From the NCBI GenBank assembly GCA_951406725.2, contig OX597819.1:94550001-94614000 (forward strand): a stretch of 64,000 nt of DNA, read 5' to 3'. A program made the position numbers and the translations under genes. The notes below the pieces were generated by a model that worked only from the letters and a program-made list of their open reading frames with translations, had not been told where the DNA came from and did no database searches. This DNA is from Octopus vulgaris (Eukaryota). Shown in pieces: positions 13,320 to 25,360 of this stretch. How positions within the stretch are numbered: position 1 is the stretch's first letter; every line of letters starts with the position of its first letter.

Positions 13320-16300
13320 GCCCTACCCCACCCAACTACGGTTGCCCACAAAAAGGTAAAAAAGAGAAGACCCCCCCCCCAGTCCAACCTGAACCACTTC
13401 CACCCCCCAGTGCCGAGCAATACCCTCCCCTCCCAAACTTATCCCAGTGTTCTCCCCCAACATACTCCCCGCTGTCCTCCCCATCACCCCCACAAAGCCC
13501 AAAAAAAATTACCAAGTTTCAGACAGTTTTTGTCTCGATAAACAAGGAAAACGATAGACTGAAGAGCGAAATGGAAAACATGCCAACTGCCGAAAAAGTG
13601 CAGACCTTTAAAATACTGCCCAAAAACGTGGAAATCTATAAGATGGATAGATTGAACTATAACATCATAAGTGCGCAGTACTCGGGGGATGTCAGGGGTC
13701 CGCAACTCGACCTGTACGAGTCACTTTTTAAGGCGGACTTCCCCCCCACGACCAACAGGGATATAAGAACACTTGTTAAAAAGTAAGCAATGTCCCGTAT
13801 TTGTGTAGGGTGCATAAATGTGCATGGCCTGATGTAGAACTGGAAGCAAGGGCGCCTCCTAAATGACATCAGGTCACGAGATTTAGATGTTATTGTTGCC
13901 ACAGAAACCCGGTTAAAGGGGCCAAGAGATCTGCTCCCGCTGTTCGACGGTTACAAGGGAATTATCTCTCCGAACCTGTCGTCCGGCAGAAGAGGGGTGT
14001 TGGTCCTGTGTAAAAAGAACCGGGTTTCTGAGAAAAAGTTCAGATCCAGAAGGTAGGCTGGTCATCGTTGATTTGACGTTCAGTAGTCGTAAGACAATCA
14101 GGCTGGTTGCAATTTACGCACCCAACGAAAACAAAGGGCAAAGTAATTATTTTCGGAACCTCGGCAAGTTTCTGAGTACATCGCACCCTTTAGTAATGTT
14201 AGGAGACTTCAACACAGTATGCGATGCGCGGGTAGACTGTGGAGGCTCGCGTACAGATAGGAAAGGAAATGCGTGCTTCCTGGATCTACTAAGACGCTTT
14301 GAGCTGGTAGATCCATATAGACTGGAACATCCAAACGCTCCATTGTGACATGGTCAAGTGGCGGCGGATCTCTCAAGTCATACATAGACAGGATACTAAT
14401 TAGAAAGGTAGATAGAAACCTAGCTAAGAGTCCACGAATTAATAACGATCCTGGCAAGGGAGGGGCAGTGGTCCATTTAGACCAATCAAAAGCTTGCGAT
14501 AGGGTCGACCATCATTACCTGGTGTCCGTTCTGGCTCAGTTTGGCCTGGGTCTTGGCTTCCTCAGGTGGATCATCAAAATGTACGACAACGTCGACTTGG
14601 TAGTTCGGGTGAACGGCTTTCTTTCTAAGCCGTTCAAAGTGAAATGCTCGGTCCGTCAGGGATGCCCACTCTCCCCACTTTTATATGTAGTGGCTCTTGA
14701 GCTGCTGCTGCGAAAACTGAGTGGCATCCCGAGGCAGCCAGGTCGTGAGATGTCGGTTTCGGCGTACGCGGATGACATCACTATCATCGTACTGAAGTGG
14801 ACCTCCTACGTAAAGTAGGCAAGGCCATAGAGGTTTACGAGACGGTGACAGGAGCAAAAGTTAATCGCGAAAAATCAGTTGGCTTGCAACTCGGCACCTG
14901 GAGAGGCAAGTCGATGCCTCCAGACAGCGTCGTGGGATGTTGGACGGAGGGTCCGGTTAAGTTGCTCGGGGTTTGGTTTGGACCAGACCTCCAAATAGAG
15001 AAGAACTGGAGCGAGGTATCGAGCAGGGTGGCCGCAATAGTCAAGACCTGGTCTTGTCGGTGGTTATCCCTGAAAGGTAGGGCAGAGGTAGCCAATGTGT
15101 TTATCGCATCGGTGATCACCTACCGCCTTGCCATCATGCCTTGCCCGGATTCGTGGTTGACCAGGTTGGAGAGACAGCTCTTTCTCTTCTTGTGGAAGAG
15201 CTCGAAACCACTTGTGAGACGCTCTATTTGTTGTCAAAAACCGTTAAAGAATGGACTAGGGATGCCGTGGCTAATTATGTGCAGAAATACACTGAGGCTA
15301 AGGCATCTGTGGCTCCATCTGGATGGTGAACGGGTGTGGTCTCCGCTGGCGAAACAGATGTTCCCCAAGTTCACCAGTTTCGGTGGACGGGAAGACTGGT
15401 TTAATCGCAGATCGAAGTTGGTATACGGAGTGTCGCAAGGCACTCCGCCTATTCCGTTGCTCGGGTAATGCCTGCGGCAGTGGTTCTACCGCTGTTTTCT
15501 ATAGAGGGTTTGTAGAGGCCGGTTGCGATGATACACTAGGGGAAACTCTAGGTTTCGACGATAATCAGCTGGCCAGTCTGTTCCAACGTACGAGGGACGT
15601 TCAATAAGTAATGCCCCTGACCCACTTGCAGTTGTTTGATCCAGCTGAAATTTTGCATGGGCAATTATTTATATTTCTATAGATTAAGTGGCAAATTACA
15701 GCTCTGAACTAATTGTGGTTTCTGATTTACAGGTGTTTGAACTGAGTCAAGTGTGAAATGGAGCCTGTTGAGTGTCGAGCAGTGATCCGGTTTTTGTATT
15801 TGAAAGGACGCACACCACGGGAGACTTTTGATGAAATGAAAGTAACTTGTGGTGATGATGCCCCATCATATGACCTCGTAAAACGCTGGCATCATGAATT
15901 CAAATATGGTCGGAACTCTGTGGAAACAGCTCCCAGATCTGGTCGCCCCCCCTTCTGCCATTGCATTGATGAGGCATCTGTCCGTCAAGTTGAGGCTGCC
16001 ATTTTGGAAGATCGATGCATAGCTATTCGCCAAATAGCCCATGAGGTCAAGATTAGTACCGGGTTTGTGGAAACTATCATTCATGACCATTTGCATATGC
16101 AAAAGGTGTCTGCCAGATGGATTCCCAGGTTGCTCACACCTTTCCAGAAGCAAGAACGCGTCGAGTGCTCGAGGATAAATTTGGAGATGTGCCAAGAAGA
16201 TGAGTCAAAATTTTTCAAAAGACTTTCACCTCTTCCCAGCCGTGAAGTTGTTTTTGAAAGGAAAGCGTTTCCCAGATGATGCAGCCTTGATTTCTGAAGT

Positions 16301-16630
16301 CACGTCGTGGTTGGAGGACCAAGCTGGGGTCTTCTATAAAAACGGTCTCCAGAGCTGCATCAAACGATGGTAGAAATGCGTAACTCTGGGTGGTTCCTAT
16401 GTAGAGAAAGACTAATAACTGTGCCAAGTTTCGTTGCTCTACTGCTATGGGAAGTGGGTCAGGGGCATTACTTATTGAACGCCCCTCGTACATTTGGGCA
16501 GAGGACCCTGGATAATTTTCAGAAGTCCTTGGCTTGGCAGTGTTACCGAGGTGCCTTACCTGTTCGGGACAAACTCGCAAGGCATGGAGGCCAAGTCAGC
16601 CCGAGGTGTGGGCGAGACAGGGAAACCGAG
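13320..16630 (+). mobile_element. L1/Tx1-clade LINE copy B: Pro-rich ORF1 end, APE, deleted middle, RT, zinc finger
   Basis: Motifs GCINVHGL, VAIYAPN, LGDFN, YIDRIL, SVRQGCPLSPLLY, AYADD and CPRC-like. The mariner at 15591 interrupts it. Confidence 0.9.
15591..16488 (+). mobile_element. Internally deleted mariner (898 bp)
   Basis: ~37-bp TIRs CGAGGG(A/G)CGTTCAATAAGTAATGCCCCTGACCCACTT with a TA TSD. ORF 15758 has the HTH region and WIPRLL but lacks the catalytic core. The empty site ttccaacgtacatt is seen in the sister LINE at ~41850. Confidence 0.95.
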
Positions 16631-16639
16631 ACCAGTAGT

Positions 16640-17445
16640 GAACCTGGTACAAGTGAAGATATCAGAAGCAGAGAAGGCAGCACAGTTTTAATTAGCATGC
16701 TGACAGGATAAGAGTTTATGCAAAGAAGAAAGGCTAGCAATTTTGAAGCAGCAGCTGGTGTCACAAAAAAGACAAATTGCAGAAGCGATGAGCTTAGAAA
16801 ATACAAAGATATGATGAAAAAGGATGGGGAGTGAAACAGTGATTACCCCTCCCAGTGAAATGATGCAGAATGCACTGCGGTGCACCATGATATATAAATC
16901 ATTTGTGACCAAAGCAAAAAAAAAAACTGGATAACGCAAGAGGCAGTGGAACTGTGCCTCTGTTCAGTTTGGAATGACGTGACATACATCGCAAGAGGAG
17001 TGAAGTATGCTACAATAGAAGTCCAATTCAAAACCGAGGAAAAGGCAAAAGAAGCGTAGATAGCATCATTAAAAACACAGGAGGTGGTACTCCTACCTAT
17101 TTATCTTGGCAGATGGAATTCCAAGATTAAGGTAGGAGACATCCAAACCCAAAGTAGATCTTGCTTGGCTGGTGGAAGCCATAATAAATGGCTTGGAGGA
17201 TAAGACCACAATTCTCCAAGCCTCAGTGCTTGGACTGAAGAATTAGCAGGGGCAGGGCCTCAAAATAATTACACAGGCTGCCCTGGCTGATTTAGAAAAT
17301 ATGATAGAAAGTATACAGGTGGGGGAGACTAAGCTGCAAGTCACGGTTGAGGAGAGGATGCCTCATTGCTACAAGTGTGATCAAAAAGGCCACATTAGAG
17401 CAGAGTGCAAACCTGAAAAAGCAGCAACTGGAGTGTCATTAGCAG
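16640..17445 (+). mobile_element. L1/Tx1-clade ORF1 fragment (copy C)
   Basis: Motifs YIARGVKYATIEVQF, LPIYLGR and VEERMPHCYKCDQKGHIRAEC. Confidence 0.8.
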
Positions 17446-19452
17446 AGCCTTGAAAATCGTGAGCATAGTCGATGCCCATCTGTCATCAATGATGGTCAAT
17501 TAAAGACCATCATTGAGAAAGATCCACGTTAAACCACTTGGGAACTGGCAAAAGAATTTCAAGTTAGACAGAAAACTGCCCTGCAACCATTTGCATGTGA
17601 TCAGAAAATCAAAAAGGCTCGACAGATTGGTACCACACAATTTGAATGAAAATCAGAAAATGCACAGATATGAGACTTGCTCATCGCTTCTTCTCTGTAA
17701 CCAGATTGATCCATTTCTCAACCATATTGTAACTTGCAATGAAAAGTGGATTCTGTACAATAATGAAAAAATGTTCTTCACAGTGGTTGGACGAAAATGA
17801 AACACTGAAAACCTTCCCTAAATTCAAGCTCTTCAAAAAGGTTATGGTGACTGTTTGGTGGTGTACTGCTGCACTCATCCATTATAACTTCTTAAAACCT
17901 CGAAAAAAACATTACTGCAGAAACATATTGCCATGAAATTGCCAAAATGAACGAAAAACTGCTACTCTGTCCTAGACTGGTCAACAGAAGAGGGCCAACC
18001 ATTCTTCAGGACAATGCTTGACCACATGTTTTGCTAATGACACTCCAGAAGTTGAGGGAACTTGGCTATGAAGTCCTTCCCCACCCAGATTATTCCCCAA
18101 ACTTTTCTTCTGACTACCACTTTTTCAAGTGCCTTGATACTCATGAGCAAAAGTCTTCATTGTAATGGTGCTTACTTTGATGAATAAAATTTCCAAATTG
18201 TTGAAATATATTGAGATGAATTTCATGTTTCAAAACGTTGCTTACTTTTAACTCAGCCTGATAGTTAAAAAACCACTTGATTTTTGATTTTCAAAACATG
18301 CTGCAACTTAAATATTCTTTTAGTCTGCAGCTGACTACAATGGTGCCTTGTCTATGGGAGACAGAATAAAAAAAAATGTTGACACAGAAGAAAACAATGC
18401 TTGAATTTTCCTCAGTCTCAACAATAAGAATTCAGTTCAACAAACTGATTTCTTACTCATGAAATTAATATGTAAGCAACTAACTATTCAACAGATACAT
18501 GAATCCTACATATGTAAATAGTCACATTATCATAGAACCACACAACTCAGAATGACAGGCCACTAGCAATGATACTGCCAAACATAGTAGCCTGCTGTAT
18601 CCAATCTATCTCAACTGGAATCAACAAAGTTAGACCGAGGAGATCTTCACATTCTAAAATGGCAAGTAATTCATATAAGAATGTAAAAGAAATGAACAAG
18701 TAATCAAATTCCAGATATCAAAATGACAACCTTTATGGCCAAAGATATTCAAACTAGTATTGCTAATATTCATACAACACCAACAGCAAGAAATCCTGTC
18801 TAACAAACACAGTGACCTTGCAGGCAAAGATATTTAAATTCAACATTCTAACCATAATGTTAGGTATCATAAAAGGCTTTTTGAAGAGATGTGGTATAGT
18901 TATCTTCAAACAGCAAAGATTATTATATAAACCCCATTAATCAGTAAGTACATTAGAATACATTTAATACAGAGGAGAGTGATAGGCATCTGTTGCTCAT
19001 TTTCTAGTCAAGGAGAATGTACAGGATTGTTCATAATTTTCTGTTGCATGCCATAAATTTGTATTTTTTAATTATCCAGTACACTGTCAAATTAATAATT
19101 TGCTAGCAAATTATGCATATCAAGAGCAGTATCAAATTAATTTGTTCTGCACTAATTTTAATTTTGCAAAACTAGAATGATCATTACTCTTCTACAGATG
19201 GATGGCATTACTAATCAGTTGTATCTATCAGTATTCAGATGAGATACTATGACCATTTGCCGTTTCACTAGTGACCTAGCAACATCTATTTGCTATAAAT
19301 GGAGATGCACAACAAAGTGTCTTAATTGGGTAAAGCTGGGAGAGAATTCAACAAGATCTGAATAAGCTGTACAAGGAAGAATTTGAGAATGTGAAAGTTC
19401 ATGAAGCTCAAAGGTCAGTGGAAAAAAAAATTCCAATATCTAACGTAAACAG

Positions 19453-20794
19453 TCTACCTATTTTCACGCCACTGATTGACATGTGACACGAGTGGTCTCT
19501 ACTACATTCGCACCGCTGGTTGTCACATGACGCAATTTGCCTCGGCTTATTTTCGCACAATTTGTTCCAAGCAGCCAATCACAGCTTTCCATTTCTGAAG
19601 TTCGTTTGAGCCACCCAAACAATATATAAAGGAGGGTTTTCAAACACCTTTGGTCTTTGGTTCTAGTCCTTCTCAGGGCTAACCTCTGACCACAGAGTTC
19701 GTCTTTGGGTTCTAGTCCTTCTCAGGACTAAACCTCTGACCACACAGAGCATACTCGACCATGTTCCAGTTCGAAAGGCAGGCGACCACCATTATATCAA
19801 GAGAAAAATAACCAAACAGAACATATAATGAAGACGCTGCAAAAACCAAGTGACAGACACGTCATTGCCAACATCGTCTTTATCTACAAAGATTTAATTT
19901 GTACACAAGACAACTACGGATTCAACTCTAGCGGTTAGGTGAAAATCTCACCATGGGAAAAACGGCTACAGTTAATATATCTGGAAGTATATTCATATCA
20001 AGAGAAAGATGAAACACAAGTGATTCAATTAATCTCAACTACGAGACGCAACGTCTTGATATGGAACTCTTACACTCCGTGTACCTCATAAACGGTAAAT
20101 CAATTATCTGTCTTGAGTTCCAGTTCTTCTAAGAACTAACTTAGGCCACCTGCTGCTCAACTTAGAGATATGCGATTGTCTCTGCTACTACCTGTTGCTA
20201 TGCTGATACCAACAACATGAACCGTGAACCGAACCGAATTCCATGGTTAATTCTATAGTCAGTACCTTTTATGCCTCACGAACACATAGACACAAAAACA
20301 TGCTAATGCTTACAAACTCTTAACATTGACACGATTGTAAAATATGTAAAATAAATAATGTATATATCTCAAAAAGAAATCTTGTTATTCCACTTGTGTT
20401 CTATTGCCGCTGTACGTATTATATGGTCTGTTTGGTTATTTTTCTCTTGATATAATGGTGGTCGCCTGCCTTTCGAACTGGAACATGGTCGAGTATGCTC
20501 TGTGTGGTCAGAGGTTTAGTCCTGAGAAGGACTAGAACCCAAAGACGAACTCTGTGGTCAGAGGTTAGCCCTGAGAAGGACTAGAACCAAAGACCAAAGG
20601 TGTTTGAAAACCCTCCTTTATATATTGTTTGGGTGGCTCAAACGAACTTCAGAAATGGAAAGCTGTGATTGGCTGCTTGGAACAAATGGCGCGAAAATTA
20701 GCGGAGGCAAATCACGTCACGTGACAACCAGCGGTGCGAACGTAGTAGAGACCACTCGTGTCACATGTCAATCAGTGGCGCGAAAATAGGTAGA
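19453..20794. repeat. Long inverted repeat: 377-bp arms (19453-19829 and 20418-20794) around a 588-bp spacer; LTR-like content
   Basis: The arms are direct reverse complements with roughly ten mismatches. Each arm has CCAAT, TATATAAA and two tandem ~55-bp units. Confidence 0.95.
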
Positions 20795-20893
20795 GACAAA
20801 TCGCGTCACGTGTCAACCAATCGGATTAGTGTTTACAACAATGTTAAACTAGCCAAAGATGTTTGTAATCTCGAACGAGATTATTCGTAATAC

Positions 20894-22260
20894 TCTTCTC
20901 AAACAGTGAAGATAGCAATGAGGGAAACGATATTGCTACACAGTCAACATCTGGATAACTCTGAGGAAATGGTTCTAAACAGTCTCAACTTTGCAACAAC
21001 TACCAAGTGCATTCCATACTTAGACAGGATAGCCCCCATCAAGGAGGTAGCCATAAGGACGCTCAAGACCCAGGGAGATGAACTAAGGTGGAAAGCGAGA
21101 CAGGTAGCAGAGAAAGCCAAACCACCAAAACCAAACATCACTGGGGAAGAAAAGTTGGTTACCAAAACCCTACAGAGTGACAGTACCATCAGAATACTTC
21201 CAAGTATTATGTTCCTACTGGACAAGGATAATGCTACGGTGGTGATGGACATATCTGGATACTTTGAAAAAGTGGCAAGCCTCATCAGAGATAGAAGCTA
21301 CAGCAAAGTGGAGAAAGATCCAACGAAAACAGAGTTGTTGTTATTGTCACAGATCTTAGCCAAGTACAAGGATCACTTCACACTAATGAAATACAGACAA
21401 CTGATCCAACATTACAGTAAGCTTCCACACATGTACATTCTCCCTAAGATTCACAGGGATGGCATTCCATTAAGATCTACAGCAAGCTATCAAGGCTCAA
21501 CGTGTCATCAACTGAACCATTTCCTTGTAGATATAATCAATCTGTTAGCTGGTAAGTTGGCATTACATGTGAAGAAGTCCACTGACATCACAGAGTTGAT
21601 CAAAGGTATTGCCATGGGATCCAACCAGATGGTGAGTCTAGCTGTGATAACTATTCACCAAAGTCTCAACTGATGAAACATTAGTGATTTGTGACAAACT
21701 AGTTGCAGACACCTCTCTAAAGAAGCGTACTAGGATACCAGAGGACTTGATGGAAATGCTGACCTTCTGCACAGAAACAACCTACAGTACTACTTAAATA
21801 CAGAGGTCCCTATGCATCTACTTAATGAAATAAAGGGGAGGTAATTTAGTATTACCGAAACTAATGTGACTTCACATAAGCAGCTCTTGTCTAAGTTGAA
21901 ATGGATATATTTCAAGTTACAGCTATTGCAAATGATCTGAAGAAGTTGGTAGAATTTTTTCAAAAGTTATGGTGTGTTACATACAAAACATTTTAGTGAC
22001 ATTTATTGCTGACACAAGCACAAGAGATGATCACAATATCATACAATGGGCAGAGGTAAAACACATGCTCACCACCTAATACTAACAACTAAACCCTAAA
22101 GAGCGTGCACTGTAAAAACAGATTGAAAACATTGTTGAGCCCCTTACGTTATTAACAGTAGTTTTGGTAAAACTAGATTACCCCGCTTCATATCATTACA
22201 TAGATGCATCAGGAGCTCTGTATTTAAGAAGTGCCCAACCTACTTCAGAATAGGTACTGA
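20894..22260 (+). mobile_element. Penelope-like element RT fragment (decayed)
   Basis: Motifs LNFA, KPNIT.EE, DKDNATVVMD, MYILPKIHRDGIPLR, MVSLAV and FCTETTY|FRIG. Confidence 0.85.
21786..22235. mobile_element. 450-bp MITE with ~75-bp imperfect TIRs and an 8-bp TSD (Merlin-like?), inserted in the Penelope RT
   Basis: TSD caacctac at 21778-21785 and 22236-22243. TIR core CTTAAATACAGAG..CC..ATGCATCTA..TAATGA...GGTAAT.TAGT.TTACC.AAACTA. Confidence 0.85.
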
Positions 22261-22262
22261 TA

Positions 22263-22905
22263 CAGCCTTGGCCAAAAGTATTAGGCCACCCCAATGTTTT
22301 GGGGTTCTGCTATCTCAATGTTAATGAAACTCATGCACATGGTAGATTATGGTATATTTCACAATATACATTAGGTTCAATATCTGGTTGACCCTCCTTT
22401 AGCACCAATTACCACTTTTATACAGTACATTATGAGTAAGACCAATGTCCAAAATGAATTTACGTTTCCTTGATTATTTCAGAGTTTTATGCTAAAATAC
22501 ATTGTAGATACAGTTAATAAACAGTAAAATGCCTAAAACAAGGGAGTTGAGCAAGTGTGAGCAAGGTCAAATCGTAGCTTATCATGAAGACGGAATGTCT
22601 CAAAGGCAAATCATTTAGAAGATGAAATGTTCTCGATGTGCAGTGCAAACGACTCAAGCACTTCAGTGAGACACAAGATGTGAAGAACAGGTAGAAAAAT
22701 ACAAAGAACAGGTAGAAAAAAGGTTACATCACCTTATGATGACAGCTCCATCATCCGTTAGTCACTCAGAAACAGAAGAAAAACATCGTCAGAGCACTGT
22801 GTGGACTTCAACAAGGCTAGTACTTCACAAATATCAACCAGAACTGTTAGAAGGCTTGTAGAGTACGGTCTGAAAGGCTGTAATGCCAGGAAGAAGCTAT
22901 GATTG
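22263..22905 (+). mobile_element. Tc1-like transposon, 5' half only
   Basis: Left end TA|CAGCCTTGGCCAAAAGTATT. Degenerate MPKTRELSKCEQGQIVAYHEDGMSQRQI...ISTRTVR...ARKK. Confidence 0.8.
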
Positions 22906-25119
22906 CGAGAGGAAGGTCAGCCGTAATTGCAGGCAGAAGGCTAGAAAGTGTTGGAGTTAATTTTTGATATTGTGAGTTCCATTGTTAATTGATTTTTATT
23001 GATTGTTGAAGGTCTCCCCTGCGTGGGTGTGCTTGTTAATATATAACCTAGTATATATGTCTGTGAGAGGAGGTCAAAATAATAGAGTGCATCAGTGAAA
23101 AATCAGAAAACTTAAGGAAACAATGCATTTTCTAAGACATATATATTAGGAGGTTATATATATATATAACCTCCTAATCAGGCCAAGCACAGAGATGAAA
23201 ATAATATTGGAACCAATAATTAAGAAAGAAAAGAACAGATTGCCACAATAGTGATAATAGATTGCTTAGACATGAAGATTACAATCCATAAAAATTCAGT
23301 CACTGCCTACAAGCACAACACAGTGGATAAAGGTGTTTGTTAATGCAGTGCCGTCACCTAGAGGTTCTGAGTTCAATGAAAGGCAAGACACTGAGATGAA
23401 TTCACAAAAAATATCATAAAACAAAGAGAGCAAAATAAGAAGCATTCCCCCTTAGATCAAATAATGGGCCAAGTTCAAAATTCTGATATAACAACAGCGT
23501 TCAATACAAGACACCTGAAAAACGTAATGAAAGCAACAATCAAGAGGACATCTTGTCTGACTAATGTAAATTGTACATAATATAAAATCCTTATCTCAGA
23601 AACAATAGAATTGTAAGTAACATTGATGTAAGGAAGTAACTAAAAACTGATTTTGGATAGTCCTCATGACTCTCAAGTATGGCAAAGGACATAAAAAGGA
23701 ATAAGATTATTATGAGTATGGCAACCTGTTCTGGACTATACACAAGAAGTTAATTTATAATTGGTTTCAATTAAGTTGATAGATTTATTCCAGACTTTTA
23801 TCCTTCCCTTGAATATTCATATTGTATAGAAATATTATGAAAGGCATATTACAATGAAAACATTTACAAGTAAAAATAAAAATAACAGCAAAAAATATCT
23901 AATGGAAATAAATAAGGACAATGTTCAGTAGAGAGGTAATTTACAAAGACATATTTCTCTCCAGGGGTGCATTAAATTTCTGATGTTGCTAGAAAGACAA
24001 CGGACTGGTTCCAGTCATATCAGTGAACAAATGTTTCAGAAACAGTTTTTGTAAAGGATAACATTACTTCACTGCTGCAGAAACTATTGGCCTTGATGAA
24101 ATAGGAAAATCGAAAACAAATACCTAAAATTTACAAAAACAGTTTTTGTTGATTACACTACAGCCTACAACACAATCTCAGATTTTTTGTTACCAAAGAT
24201 CTATAATTTGACACTGCTCACTTTTACTGTCTCGTATATCTTTCTGTTTAGCCTCTTCTAAAATAAATACTATCTCATTCATCTGTGTATGGAAACCTGC
24301 TTTATTGTACTCTCCACTTGCTCAATGTTACAAATACTAATTTTATTCATAAAATAGGCCATTTACTTTGTGTTAACACTGTCTTGTATCTCAAGCCATT
24401 CCCCACAAATTCTATTTTATTAATGCGATTAAATTTCACTTATTTTGGCATAAGAGAGGTATTACATAACATTTAACATTTGTAGTGTGAACAATATTAA
24501 ATATTAGCAACCACCTCAATGCATAATGTGCTCAGTATATCTCTACACACTGCTCCTTCTGCTAAAAACTGATTTAAGAGGAATTTATCAGACATATTTT
24601 TCTCTTACCCCACAATTCTTAACCAATAACCTTCAATAGTTTTAATCCTTACATATTTTTATCATATGAGTGTGTGTGTGAGATACTGATGATCATTATT
24701 TAAATTCTGTCTTCCATACTGGCATAGATTGCACAATTTCACAGGATCCAATGAATCAGAAGACCACACCAAGCTCCAATGTTTGCTTTGGCATGGCTCC
24801 TATGGTTGGTTCCTAACACAAACCACTTTACAGAGTGTGCTGAGTGCTTTTTTCCATAATACCAACACTAGTGTTTTTTGCTAAGTAACTTTCAAGACAA
24901 AGAAACAAAAAGAAAAAAGAAAAAGCCCCCTCAACTGAGTTGGGTTGTAGTAGAGGGGGAGGTAGCTTTATGTTAGGTATTGAGGGACTTTTGATAGAAT
25001 CAGACAAAGTACCTTGCTCTAGAAGAGATACACAGTGACCATGAACAATGTAGGGGTGAGCGAGAGTAACTAGAAGTTAAGGATGTTGGTCTAAAAACCA
25101 CATACATCTCACCCAGTTG

Positions 25120-25360
25120 GAAAGGAACAATATGATATAGAATGTATTATGCTTAGCTTCAAGACATCAAGAATCTTCCCAACCAGCAACATGCTGTTAA
25201 ATATATTAACAAGGACAGCAAGACCCAATGATTGAACCACCTTGAACATTACCCCATCTGGCCCTGCAGAAGTGGATCTCATGTCACAATATACAACCAA
25301 AACCTCAAAAAGAGTGAGTGGTTTTAAAAGCATGCTGTTGCCCATTTTGATGGAGGCCAG
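25120..25360 (-). mobile_element. Small inverted fragment of a related R2-like RT region
   Basis: SAGPDGV...LVNIFNSMLLVGKILDVLK parallels SVAGPDGL...ANICNCMLLAGKVPDILK of the adjacent element. Confidence 0.7.

Larger units (their letters stand above)
10223..18261 (+). mobile_element. Mariner element split by a ~7 kb nest of LINEs; transposase remnant at ~17450-18140
   Basis: Left TIR TA|TCAGGTTGAGTAAAAAGGTAAGCAACGTTTTG matches the reverse complement of the right TIR ending at 18261|TA. Remnant motifs (W)VPHNL, IVTCNEKWILYNN, QDNA and YSPNF..DY. Confidence 0.85.

Noticed and set aside
18480-18940. Penelope GIY-YIG remnant
   Set aside because: Only a faint resemblance (HKRLFEEMWY); too decayed to support.
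20500-20615. Hammerhead ribozyme in the tandem units of the inverted repeat (CTGAGAAG...GAAA), as expected for Penelope pseudo-LTRs
   Set aside because: The core is CTGAGAA rather than CTGANGA, and I could not build stems II/III around a GAAA. A covariance-model search would be needed.
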